This document shows, in pieces, positions 1-9,627 of a stretch of DNA of 64,000 bases. Both the position numbers and the translations under genes were made by a program. How positions within the stretch are numbered: the first letter of the stretch is position 1; every line of letters starts with the position of its first letter. The notes beneath the pieces were generated by a model, which did not search any database, was not told the DNA's origin, and saw only the letters and a program-made list of their open reading frames with translations. The DNA is from Candidatus Latescibacterota bacterium (lineage in GTDB: Bacteria > Latescibacterota > UBA2968), in the NCBI GenBank assembly GCA_038279365.1, contig JAYODI010000013.1:1-64000 (forward strand). Direction: 5' to 3'.

Positions 1-226
1 CAATCGTTTGTGGTCTGATGCCACGAATGACCGCCAAAGCTTCCACCCCACTTATCCCTGGCATACGAATGTCTAATGTAATCAAATCATAATCGATTAA
101 AATGGCTTTTCCAATGGCATCTTGCCCCGAAGACACCACATCTACTTGTTCACATCCATACAAACGCGCACCTTCAGCCAAAATCTCCGCAGCTTCTGGC
201 ATATCATCTACAATCAAAACCTTCAT
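1..226 (-). CDS. Response regulator receiver domain protein (5' part; continues off left edge)
   Basis: Not in the ORF track. Manual translation from ATG at 226: MKVLIVDDMPEAAEILAEGARLYGCEQVDVVSSGQDAIGKAILIDYDLITLDIRMPGISGVEALAVIRG. Shows the CheY-like VLIVDD and D-x-x-MP motifs; GAGG upstream. Confidence 0.9.
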   Translation of the reverse strand, partial: MKVLIVDDMPEAAEILAEGARLYGCEQVDVVSSGQDAIGKAILIDYDLITLDIRMPGISGVEALAVIRGIRPQTI

Positions 227-309
227 CAAAACCTCAAAGAGCTTATATGGTAATCACCCCCGGCAGGAATGACGGGTTTAAACTATAAGAATACTGACCT
301 TGGAGCAAT

Positions 310-347
310 AAAAAAGACGTCAGTCCGATGGGTCGAAGCTGACGTCT
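310..347 (-). terminator. Intrinsic terminator
   Basis: AGACGTCAG/CTGACGTCT stem (347-339 with 323-315), extendable by UUCGA/UCGGA, followed by a U-run on the minus strand. Confidence 0.8.
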
Positions 348-378
348 GGTAAGGATAGTAGCGATGCCGAATCGCTAT
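310..378 (-). ncRNA. Candidate small RNA (~70 nt: hairpin, single-stranded seed, terminator)
   Basis: Begins just after a sigma28-like promoter. 7-bp hairpin UAGCGAU/AUCGCUA, unpaired CUAUCCUUACC, then the terminator. Confidence 0.45.
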
Positions 379-383
379 TGTAT

Positions 384-411
384 GTATCGGTTTCTGAGGC
401 CTCAATCTTGA
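384..411 (-). promoter_or_regulatory. Sigma28 (FliA/SigD)-like promoter
   Basis: Minus strand TCAA-N16-ACCGATAC versus consensus TAAA-N15/16-GCCGATAA; same geometry as the site at 19103. Confidence 0.45.
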
Positions 412-493
412 GAGTAAAATCTTGTTTTATATTTCCCCACCCAATATAGCCCAATAACCTTGCCGATCTCTCATCATCTCATAGAGAAAAAAC

Positions 494-3400
494 TCATAAA
501 ACTTGCTTTTCAACAGGTTCAATATCCAAAACAGACAAATCCAATTTGGGTGGTTTTCCAGTACCATGAAGCCAGTATTCGGCAATTTGACGTGCGGCTT
601 GCATCTTGGGCCAAATAACTTCGCGATATCCTCGCACCTCATTTGGCAAACACAACACTTTCACATATGTCCAATATCGCTCTTCATCTTCATAAACAAA
701 TGCATCCACCATGCTCATATACCAATCGCGGTATGCTTTCTCTTCTTGATGCCAAGCCGGAAGAAATTTTCGCAAAAACTTCATACCGCGCATCATTTTC
801 AACATCCAGTCCTTGGTATGAAACGAAAATTTGATGTCTTTTCCCAAAACCTGGAAATGAGGCCGTGTTAAATGTACATAAGAAATTTGATCCCCACGTG
901 AAGGGTCGATATGATATCGTTCATAATCTCGTCGTCGTTTTTCTTCACTGGTTAGCAAGTGTGCCACATAGATCTCATCTTTATAGGCCATCACCCGTGC
1001 TAAATAGCGAATAACCGCATCCGTGGCGGCATAATCATAGGTGATATTGTCTTGCCGATACACCGTTTGAACCCGAGAAACATATTGCAAAGCATACGCT
1101 TGCCCATCCCACTGAAACAAATCATAAACACCTAATGCAAACTGTACTTTACTTGTTTCATCAATGTCCCAACCAACCACCTCAGATGCCATTTTTCGGT
1201 AGGCTTGGGCAACGGCCATTCCTTTGTCTTTTTCTAAAATTGTTGTCTTATCCAATATCAAATCATCAAAAGTCGTTGGAGGTTTTGTTTTTGACAACAC
1301 ATTGGGGTCCATCGCCGCTTTACGCCCCATTTCAAACGCTTTGAGGTTTGCTTCCAAATCGCTGGATTTGATATTCTGCTTCATGGCCCATCGTATGTTT
1401 TCTAAAGAAAGAGGCAATACCCCACGTTGAAAGGCCGCACCCAACAGAATGCTATTGGCATAAATTTTATTACCCAAAAATCGCTCAGAAATCTCGCCCA
1501 AATCCATGCCAAAGTATGTGTCAGCATTTGTATAACGCTTCAATATGGTTTCCATTTCCTGAACATCAAAATCATCTTTTCCAGTGAGCGTCAAAATGGT
1601 ATCGCGCTTGCCTGTTTCAACCACAGCTGTCGTGCACTCTGGGCTGGCCACTCTGCTCGTTCCTGCGGGGTCAATGGCGCGCACAGCCTCCAAAATATCT
1701 AAACCAATCAACAAATCGGCATGCCCATAGGGCGTCAGCTGTGAAATCACACGATCATCTTTGGTAAAAGAAACATGGGAATACACGCTGCCATTGCGAA
1801 TGGCCAAACCTTTTTTGTTCGTAAATCGAACCGTATAACCTTCACGGGCACCTGCAACTGCAAGAATAGCCGCAATGGTATTAATGCCCATACCTCCAAC
1901 CCCAGCAATATAGGCATACCAGGCCGTATCAAATTCATGAACGGGTGGCTCGGGTATATTGGCCAAGTCGATGGATTCTGTTTGTACTTGTGGGGCCTTT
2001 GAACGCGTAATGGTAACTTCTTCAAATGAGGGGCACGTTTTATCCCCATTGGCAACTTCCACTTTAGTACAAGCACCGTCAGCAACACACAATGACAAAT
2101 CTGTTGTTATTTTTTTGCCATGTAACGTTTCTTCGGTAGAAAGCCCACTACACCCAGTGGCACGCGTACATTCCAAACAATATTCACATACTTCGGAGGT
2201 AATATTAATGTGTTTTTCTTGAGCCAAAAAGCCTTTCTCTTTTATCTGGCGTCCTTCCTCTGCTCTTCGACGACGATGATATGTAATGCCACACTCCTTA
2301 TCAGCAATCACAATCTTAACACCGTCCATCAACAAGGCCGCTTCTAAAACATCGCGATACGCCTCTCGATCTGCCGGATTCATACGCACAATCATTGCTG
2401 GCGCTGAGTTTTCACTGCCCCCCCCAAGCCCCCGAACCACCTCTTCAATATCTTGAGCAAACGTCGGTCGCCCCATAATGTCTATATCGACACCAGGGGT
2501 CGGTTGGTGCCCTGTCATGGCTGTTGTTTTATTGTCTAAAATGACAAACGTAATATCCTGCCCATGTTTGATAGCATCAGAAATCGCAGTCATGCCACTG
2601 TGGAAAAATGTAGAATCTCCCATAAACACAAGCTGTTTGTTATTGATAAATGGGTCAATTCCTGCCCCCGTCCCTCCCCCCAAACCCATTCCTGACAAAT
2701 TGTGCATCAAACGATCAAAGGGCTCATATTTTAGCAAAGAATAACACCCAATGTCGCCATGAAAAATCAATTCGACCGGATCGTGATTGTGCAAACGACG
2801 CATATAAGCTTCATCATTAAAATCATCAATGATTTTGTTGAGCACACTGGCAGAATCTCGATGTGGACACCCAGGACAAAAAGATGGCGTACGTGCCAAA
2901 GCTTGTAACTTGTAGGATTGAGTATCCACCATTCGAGAAACAGTATCGTCTATTTTTTGTCTATCGACATGCACCGTGCTATCATTGAGATCTTTTAAAA
3001 CAGGTGCCAATACTTGCAAAACAATTCCAGGATTTAATCCTTTGCTTTCAGGAAACCCATTTCCATTTAGAAACTTTTTACCCCAAATACGGAATGTGTC
3101 AATATCACCTTGCTGACACATTCTTTGCAAGGCAGTTGTCACTTGTTCTTCTAAAAAACCTCTTTTTTCTTCAACCACATAAATTTCGTCTACCATGCCT
3201 ACAAATTCGCGTAATATCTCAGAATCTATGGGATGTGTGATGCCATATTTCAAAATGGGAAAAGCACCTTCTAACCCCACCATATTTAACGCATGTTCCA
3301 AATAACAATAAGCCAAGCTGCTGCTGATGAAACCAATCTGTTTTTTACCCGAATCTGGTGGATATAAAATGCGATTGAGCTTGTAGGACCGCGCCAAAGA

Positions 3401-4117
3401 CAACAACTTTGGAAATCGTTCTTCGAGAACTTCCATCTCCTTAACAACCGTGTGAGGTGGAATAATAACCCGCTCATCAGGGGAGATTGCTCGTGGATTT
3501 AGGGTGACTTTGTTGTTTGTTGAGCGTTCAGGATATTCATTAGGCGACATCCACACCGTGCCCCCACCATCCGCCTGATTAGAGGTTACCAAAAAGGCCA
3601 TATACAGGCGCGTTTTTTCTGATAACTCAAATGCAATACGCACCCAATCTTTGATCTCTTGAAATGTGCTGGGTTCCATTACGGGCATATAAAGATGCTT
3701 GGCAATAAATCGGGAATCGGCAGGAACTTGCGTGCCTTCAGACCAGGTGTCATCTCCGATGACAACAACTGCAGCCGCCCCATCTCCTGTGCCAGCCATA
3801 TTCCCCAATGCCAATGCATCAGATGCCACATGAACCCCAACACTCTTCATCACCGCCATAGCCCGAATGGCTTCCATCTGTGCACCATTTAACCGAGCTG
3901 CCCCCAATGCTTCATTGTTGGCAATTTGCACCATAACACCATTGTCACGCAACAATTCACGTATGCGTTCAGCGGCATCAAAAACCTCTGCCACAGGCGA
4001 CCCAGGATAACCCGTCATAAACCCCAGACGGCCTTCCAACGCACCTTTTACAATTAACTCATTGCCGGTAAAAATACCTATGCCATCTTCTTGTATAAAT
4101 CGTCTATCAATGTTCAT
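494..4117 (-). CDS. Fused indolepyruvate ferredoxin oxidoreductase family protein (alpha+beta)
   Basis: GYPGSP, MKSVG, FCPGCPH, GDIGC, TPP-binding GDSTFFH...DNKTTAMTG, ferredoxin-like Cys cluster and GVGGMG beta domain. Confidence 0.92.
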   Translation of the reverse strand: MNIDRRFIQEDGIGIFTGNELIVKGALEGRLGFMTGYPGSPVAEVFDAAERIRELLRDNGVMVQIANNEALGAARLNGAQMEAIRAMAVMKSVGVHVASDALALGNMAGTGDGAAAVVVIGDDTWSEGTQVPADSRFIAKHLYMPVMEPSTFQEIKDWVRIAFELSEKTRLYMAFLVTSNQADGGGTVWMSPNEYPERSTNNKVTLNPRAISPDERVIIPPHTVVKEMEVLEERFPKLLSLARSYKLNRILYPPDSGKKQIGFISSSLAYCYLEHALNMVGLEGAFPILKYGITHPIDSEILREFVGMVDEIYVVEEKRGFLEEQVTTALQRMCQQGDIDTFRIWGKKFLNGNGFPESKGLNPGIVLQVLAPVLKDLNDSTVHVDRQKIDDTVSRMVDTQSYKLQALARTPSFCPGCPHRDSASVLNKIIDDFNDEAYMRRLHNHDPVELIFHGDIGCYSLLKYEPFDRLMHNLSGMGLGGGTGAGIDPFINNKQLVFMGDSTFFHSGMTAISDAIKHGQDITFVILDNKTTAMTGHQPTPGVDIDIMGRPTFAQDIEEVVRGLGGGSENSAPAMIVRMNPADREAYRDVLEAALLMDGVKIVIADKECGITYHRRRRAEEGRQIKEKGFLAQEKHINITSEVCEYCLECTRATGCSGLSTEETLHGKKITTDLSLCVADGACTKVEVANGDKTCPSFEEVTITRSKAPQVQTESIDLANIPEPPVHEFDTAWYAYIAGVGGMGINTIAAILAVAGAREGYTVRFTNKKGLAIRNGSVYSHVSFTKDDRVISQLTPYGHADLLIGLDILEAVRAIDPAGTSRVASPECTTAVVETGKRDTILTLTGKDDFDVQEMETILKRYTNADTYFGMDLGEISERFLGNKIYANSILLGAAFQRGVLPLSLENIRWAMKQNIKSSDLEANLKAFEMGRKAAMDPNVLSKTKPPTTFDDLILDKTTILEKDKGMAVAQAYRKMASEVVGWDIDETSKVQFALGVYDLFQWDGQAYALQYVSRVQTVYRQDNITYDYAATDAVIRYLARVMAYKDEIYVAHLLTSEEKRRRDYERYHIDPSRGDQISYVHLTRPHFQVLGKDIKFSFHTKDWMLKMMRGMKFLRKFLPAWHQEEKAYRDWYMSMVDAFVYEDEERYWTYVKVLCLPNEVRGYREVIWPKMQAARQIAEYWLHGTGKPPKLDLSVLDIEPVEKQVL

Positions 4118-4213
4118 AAATAAGTTTGAAAAGTTATGGCGTTAAAGAAATAATGACAAACACGAACCCAAAGCCTGATGCAACCTGCTTTGCAGATAAA
4201 ATTCGGTGACGCA

Positions 4214-5587
4214 TTAAAATATCGAATCGCGCCAATTCGGGTTATACAATTCTCCCGACATCGTCGAGTGAACCAATTCGTAAACACCCGTACCACGCAA
4301 ATCGACAAAAACAAACACATATCGTCCAGACTTTTCGTAGATCCACGTGTCAACGGCTTTGCCTGCCGCCGCCGAAGTCTGAAAATCTCGATCACTGGGG
4401 GGGCCGTATTTGATATAGACACGCCCCTTATCTGTGTCTGATCCAAGTTTACCGGGTGTAGATGTAAAATTTTCGTCTGCATATTTAGACCATATTAAAT
4501 GATCTCGCAGACGCTCATTTAGCGGTGTCTCTTGTGTTGGATCCAATTTTTTCCAAAAAGCTTTCAAAAAATCCATCTGAGCTTGACCATCTAATTTGGC
4601 CAACATATCCAAATCTTTTTCCGATGCCACATAACGAATATCTTTAAAATACCGCAACTTCTCTTCTTCTTCTTTCGTCAGTTGTGGTGCATCTCCTTCT
4701 TCCGAAATCAAGAAAAGACGACGGCGATGGCGCACGTGTTCACGCGTTGTCCGATCAAAAAGTTCAACCTGTAAAAAATAGACCCCACCCAAAAGTGCAT
4801 CCGTGTCCAACGATTCTGTTTTTACAACACTTTCACCAGGTTTTCGCAAGCGTTTAGCAGGATATTTTTTGACAACCACCCCCCCAGTGTCTACCAAGCT
4901 ATAACCCAACACAAAGGAGTCATTTGAATTATCTGGCTGAGTCTTAAAATTGTAAACTTCGTAATAAAGGTTAATGGCTTGCCCTACTCGAAAAAAGCGT
5001 GTGGTATTGGGAATCACTTCCCAGCCATTTTTCACAAAACGGCCTGTTTCTGTGGCCGTTTCCAATGTCGATGAAAACAACAAATCACTCACAACCAACG
5101 CCCCTGTATCAAATGCACGCACATCAAATGCGTCTTCACATTGCCCCGTTAAGTCGCCATAAATATCTTCTACCACAAACCGCAACTTATATCGGCCAGG
5201 AGGCAAATCGAAAGCCACCATATCGCGTACCAATGCCCCCGTTTTTTTGACGCTTTGTATATCGTCAACAGACACATTGCGGGTCCAAAATTGTCGTTTG
5301 ACCTCTTGCCCTGCTGTATCGTACAATGCCGCAGTAAAGTCAATTTGCGAGACATACTTTTGAGCTTCTGGTACAAATTGCAGTTGGCGTGCATCCAATA
5401 AGGAATAGACTTCAAAACGAGACAGGCCATTGGGACCTCGAAAACTGGCTGTTTCAACAAACACTTGTAAATTACCTTCTGTACGCAATGGCAAATCACG
5501 AGAAACCAAAACCTGTTTTTCTTGTGCATCTGCAAACCCACACACCAAAAAAGCCCCAAGCCATAATACCACACGTCCAATCATCAT
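4214..5587 (-). CDS. GWxTD domain-containing exported protein
   Basis: Signal peptide; C-terminal FWKKLDPT...NE...GSDTDKGRVYIKYGPP pattern. Confidence 0.8.
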   Translation of the reverse strand: MMIGRVVLWLGAFLVCGFADAQEKQVLVSRDLPLRTEGNLQVFVETASFRGPNGLSRFEVYSLLDARQLQFVPEAQKYVSQIDFTAALYDTAGQEVKRQFWTRNVSVDDIQSVKKTGALVRDMVAFDLPPGRYKLRFVVEDIYGDLTGQCEDAFDVRAFDTGALVVSDLLFSSTLETATETGRFVKNGWEVIPNTTRFFRVGQAINLYYEVYNFKTQPDNSNDSFVLGYSLVDTGGVVVKKYPAKRLRKPGESVVKTESLDTDALLGGVYFLQVELFDRTTREHVRHRRRLFLISEEGDAPQLTKEEEEKLRYFKDIRYVASEKDLDMLAKLDGQAQMDFLKAFWKKLDPTQETPLNERLRDHLIWSKYADENFTSTPGKLGSDTDKGRVYIKYGPPSDRDFQTSAAAGKAVDTWIYEKSGRYVFVFVDLRGTGVYELVHSTMSGELYNPNWRDSIF

Positions 5588-5770
5588 TTTTAACCTCCAA
5601 GAACATGCTCAATAAATAAAAAATGTGGCAATACGAATGGTCGTTATAAGAAAAGACATCAATGACCAAAATGCACGGGAAATTTAGGTAGGTAGAATAA
5701 AAACTTGGGTTGCTTCAGCAAAAAATAGATATCAGGCACATCCATTTCACCAAATCAAAACTGGCACATT

Positions 5771-6658
5771 TTATATATGTGTCACTTGATCTGCTGCATG
5801 ATAAGAACTGCGTACCAACGGACCCGATTCTACATGGTGAAAACCCAAAGACAAGGCATACGTTTTTAGCGCCAAAAATTCATCGGGGTGATAGAATTTT
5901 TCCACAGCAACATGCTTGGGTGATGGCTGCAAGTATTGCCCTACCGTTAAAATGTCGGTGCGTTGGGCGGCCAAATCTTGAATGGCTTGATAAACCTCGT
6001 CTATAGATTCACCCGCTCCAACCATAATGCCCGATTTTGTGGGAATATCGGGGCGCATATCTTTTGCACGATCCAACAGAGCCAATGAACGCTCATATTT
6101 GGCTTGTGGGCGCATGGTTTTATAAAGCCGTGGCACGGTTTCTAAATTGTGATTTAAAATATCGGGGGCCGCATCCATCACTTGCTGCAGTGCCTCCCAC
6201 TTGCCCTGAAAATCGGGGATCAAGACTTCAACACTGGTATCAGGACACAAGCGATGCACTTCCAAAATGGTCTGAGCAAAAATACCTGCCCCACCATCGG
6301 GCAACTCATCGCGGTTCACTGATGTGATCACCGCATGGCGCAAATTCAACTGCTGAATTGCCTGAGCAACTCGTTTGGGCTCTTCGGTATCTAACCACTC
6401 AGGGCGGCCTGTTTTAACGGCACAAAAACCACAACTGCGAGTACAAACATCGCCTAAGATCATAAAGGTGGCCGTACCACTGTTCCAACATTCACCAATG
6501 TTGGGGCAGCGCGCACTTTCACAAACCGTGTGCAAATTCATCCCTTGCACCAAGTCTTTAAGTTCGCGATAGCGACTGCTCCCTGGCGCTTGCACCCGAA
6601 ACCAACTTGGCAATCGACGTTTGGGTTTTGCATGGGCACTTTCAATATCCAGCAACAT
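5771..6658 (-). CDS. lipA: Lipoyl synthase
   Basis: [20 protein letters not shown] and RSSY motifs. Confidence 0.97.
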   Translation of the reverse strand: MLLDIESAHAKPKRRLPSWFRVQAPGSSRYRELKDLVQGMNLHTVCESARCPNIGECWNSGTATFMILGDVCTRSCGFCAVKTGRPEWLDTEEPKRVAQAIQQLNLRHAVITSVNRDELPDGGAGIFAQTILEVHRLCPDTSVEVLIPDFQGKWEALQQVMDAAPDILNHNLETVPRLYKTMRPQAKYERSLALLDRAKDMRPDIPTKSGIMVGAGESIDEVYQAIQDLAAQRTDILTVGQYLQPSPKHVAVEKFYHPDEFLALKTYALSLGFHHVESGPLVRSSYHAADQVTHI

Positions 6659-6661
6659 ACC

Positions 6662-8041
6662 TCACCTCACAATTTTTCCCATCAAAGTACGCAAAGTGGC
6701 TTCTTTAATTTCTACATTTACAAAAGAATTATCCTCAGCACCCTCTCGCGGAAAAACCACGGTCTTAAAACCGTCCGTTTTACCAACAGCCATGCCTTGC
6801 CCTTTACGCGCATCACCGTGAATAAGAATCGTTTCTACTTTTCCAATATAGCTCTGGTTTATTTCTTCAGAAATCGCATTTTGTAACGAGATAATCTCAC
6901 CCAATCGTCTGGTCTTTTCATCTTCTGTAACCGTATCGGGCAATTCTCTAAAAGCAGCCGTTCCTTTGCGCTCGGAGTATTTAAACATAAAAGCCGAATC
7001 GAATCTCACTTCGCGCATCAATGCCACAGTGGCCTCAAAATCAGCTTCCGTTTCTCCAGGAAAACCAGCGATGACATCTGTGCTTAAACACAACCCCGGC
7101 ATGGATGTTCTCAATTTATCAACCAGTCTCATATACGCAGCCACAGTATAGCTGCGTTTCATGGCCTCAAGCACAGGATCTGACCCAGACTGTAATGGCA
7201 AATGAATAAACCGACAAATTTTGTCATTGGTTGCCATGATGTCAATGACTTTATCGGAAAAGTCGCTCGGATGAGGCGATGTAAAACGTACCCGCTGGAT
7301 ACCTTCTACGGCTGTAACCATCTGCAATAAGTCGGCAAAGTCGTACTGGCCATCAGAATAGGAATTTACGGTTTGCCCCAATAGGGTGACTTCTTTAAAA
7401 CCCTCTTGAGCAGCAACTTGCACTTGGCGCACAATTTCTGGAGCAGACACACTGCGTTCACGCCCCCTGACATAGGGGACAATGCAAAATGTGCAAAACT
7501 TATCGCAACCGCGCATAATCGTAATCCAGGCATTGGTACCTTCTTGGCGCAATGGATCAAGCCCTAAATAACCTTCTTCACGGTCTAAACGCACATCCAT
7601 TGCCGAATCACCCGTGGCTTCGGCAATCAGTTCTGGCAATCGCCGATACGAGTCTGGCCCAACAACCATATCCACATAAGGGGCTTTTGCCATCAATGAC
7701 TCAGAAAGGTGCTTGGCCATACATCCCGATACGCCCATAACCACATCGGGGCGTTGACGTTTGATCTCGCTCAGCTGCGACAATCGCCCAATCACTCGCT
7801 CTTCGGCATGTTCGCGAATTGCACAAGTATTGAGCACAATCACATCTGCCACTTCTGGAGCAGAGGCATTGTGAAAACCTGCACGTTTCAACACACCCAT
7901 CATCAACTCGGTATCTGACACATTCATCTGACAACCATACGTCTCAATATAAACGCGTCTCCCAGTGACGGGTACAATCGGTAATTCTGGCTCGTTTTCA
8001 ACGGCCTTCCCATTTAATTCTATGCCTAATAATTCGCTCAC
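6662..8041 (-). CDS. miaB: tRNA-2-methylthio-N6-dimethylallyladenosine synthase
   Basis: TYGCQMN, NTCAIRE, CDKFCTFC motifs and C-terminal TRAM domain. Confidence 0.96.
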   Translation of the reverse strand: MSELLGIELNGKAVENEPELPIVPVTGRRVYIETYGCQMNVSDTELMMGVLKRAGFHNASAPEVADVIVLNTCAIREHAEERVIGRLSQLSEIKRQRPDVVMGVSGCMAKHLSESLMAKAPYVDMVVGPDSYRRLPELIAEATGDSAMDVRLDREEGYLGLDPLRQEGTNAWITIMRGCDKFCTFCIVPYVRGRERSVSAPEIVRQVQVAAQEGFKEVTLLGQTVNSYSDGQYDFADLLQMVTAVEGIQRVRFTSPHPSDFSDKVIDIMATNDKICRFIHLPLQSGSDPVLEAMKRSYTVAAYMRLVDKLRTSMPGLCLSTDVIAGFPGETEADFEATVALMREVRFDSAFMFKYSERKGTAAFRELPDTVTEDEKTRRLGEIISLQNAISEEINQSYIGKVETILIHGDARKGQGMAVGKTDGFKTVVFPREGAEDNSFVNVEIKEATLRTLMGKIVR

Positions 8042-8058
8042 AGCGCAATCAACCTTTG

Positions 8059-9180
8059 TTAATTTTGAATAACTTCTAACGCCAAAAGAATCTCTTTCAA
8101 TACTTCGGCATCTGTTTCTTTTTGCATCCGATCTTTTAAAACGTCACCAGCCTCATCCCCACCTATTTGCCCAAGTGCCCAAGCGGCATGGCCACGCACA
8201 AGCGGTTCCTCATCACAAAGTGCCAAAGCAAGCACAGGCACATCAACTACAGACCCAACATTGCCCAATGCAACAGCCGCATTGCGCAACAGCCCACGCC
8301 TTTTGGTTCTTTTAATGGGGCTGTTTTTAAATTGCGCAGAAAATGCCGCTTGATCCATTTGCAAAAGATCGGCCAATTTGGGATGTTCCAAACCCTGCCG
8401 AGATTGAAAAACAGGATCATCTGTTGGCTGGCTGTGTTTGATATTCCAAGGGCACACATCTTGGCAAATGTCACACCCATAAACCCAAGCACCCATTTGG
8501 GAACGCAAATCGCGTGGCACCGAACCACGCAACTCAATCGTTAAATACGAAATGCACCGCCGAGAATCTACCACATAAGGTGCAACAATTGCATCTGTAG
8601 GGCAAGCCTCAATACAGCGCGTGCACGTACCGCAGTGGTCAAGTTGGGGCACATCGGGCTCTAATTCCAACGTCAATATAATCTCAGCCAAAAAAAACCA
8701 AGAACCTTTGCACTTGTCAATCAACCCCGTATGCTTACCAAACCACCCCAATCCGGCACGCGCGGCAAAGTCGCGCTCTAAAACAGGCCCTGTATCGACA
8801 TAGACCCGTCCATCTGCAGAGGGTTCCACATCTTGGATCTGAGCCAAAAGATTAAACAAACGTGCCTTAATGACCTCGTGATAGTCATCACCTCGTGCAT
8901 ATTTTGAAATGACACCCCGTGGTTCATCATCTTCAACCTTGGATTCATGCGGCAAATAATTTGTGCCCAAACACAAAATGGATTTGGCTTCCGGTACCAC
9001 TTCACAAGGATCGGCACGACGCGCTAAGTTGCGCCCCAAATACGCCATTTCCCCCGCATATCCCAAAGACAACCACTGCTGATAAAAAGCCCAGTGTTCT
9101 GGTTTTTGAGCCGGTGCAATGCCCACCCATTCAAACCCCAACGCATGGGCCATTTCTTTGATTTTTTCAGTTAGACTCAT
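8059..9180 (-). CDS. queG: Epoxyqueuosine reductase
   Basis: ISKYARGDDYH, VDTGPVLER, CGTCTRCIEACPT, GCDICQDVCPWN and a HEAT-like tail. Start moved to ATG 9180. Confidence 0.95.
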   Translation of the reverse strand: MSLTEKIKEMAHALGFEWVGIAPAQKPEHWAFYQQWLSLGYAGEMAYLGRNLARRADPCEVVPEAKSILCLGTNYLPHESKVEDDEPRGVISKYARGDDYHEVIKARLFNLLAQIQDVEPSADGRVYVDTGPVLERDFAARAGLGWFGKHTGLIDKCKGSWFFLAEIILTLELEPDVPQLDHCGTCTRCIEACPTDAIVAPYVVDSRRCISYLTIELRGSVPRDLRSQMGAWVYGCDICQDVCPWNIKHSQPTDDPVFQSRQGLEHPKLADLLQMDQAAFSAQFKNSPIKRTKRRGLLRNAAVALGNVGSVVDVPVLALALCDEEPLVRGHAAWALGQIGGDEAGDVLKDRMQKETDAEVLKEILLALEVIQN

Positions 9181-9240
9181 GGTGCCCAACAGAAGCAAAG
9201 GGCAGAAGCATCGCAATGCCCTGCCCTTTGCCCAATTATT

Positions 9241-9624
9241 CTATGACGCTGAAATAGAAAGAGCATATTCAGCCAACGCAGATCGCACAACATCAATGGC
9301 AAGATCAGCCGCATGCTTGCGGGTAGGCGGCAACCCCCCCAATGCAATTTCGACATCATCACGCGTAAGCATCTTGGCATCGTCTATCGATTTGCCAATC
9401 AGCAACACCGTTAACATCGATCCACAAGCAATGGTTGCCGCACAGCCCTGGGCTTGAAAAAATGCCTGTTTGATCACATTTTCACAAACAGCCAAATACA
9501 AGACCAACGATGCGCCCGATACGGGGTTTTCGGCAGTCCCCATTGCATCTGGTTGATCTAATGTGCCCACATGCCGTGGATGCTCAAAATGATCGCGCAC
9601 ACATTCTGAATAGGCTTCGGCCAT
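9241..9624 (-). CDS. IscU/NifU-N-like scaffold protein with degenerate cluster ligands
   Basis: YS..V.DHFEHPRHVG, GCAATIA and LGGLPP motifs, but NPVSGA replaces NPxCGD and KHAA replaces xHC. Confidence 0.8.
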   Translation of the reverse strand: MAEAYSECVRDHFEHPRHVGTLDQPDAMGTAENPVSGASLVLYLAVCENVIKQAFFQAQGCAATIACGSMLTVLLIGKSIDDAKMLTRDDVEIALGGLPPTRKHAADLAIDVVRSALAEYALSISAS

Positions 9625-9627
9625 AAT

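Noticed and set aside
364-411. 15-codon + strand mini-ORF (AAGGA...ATG CCG AAT...TGA)
   Set aside because: Its start codon is buried in a hairpin and no + strand promoter is evident. Kept only as an alternative explanation for the RBS-like match.
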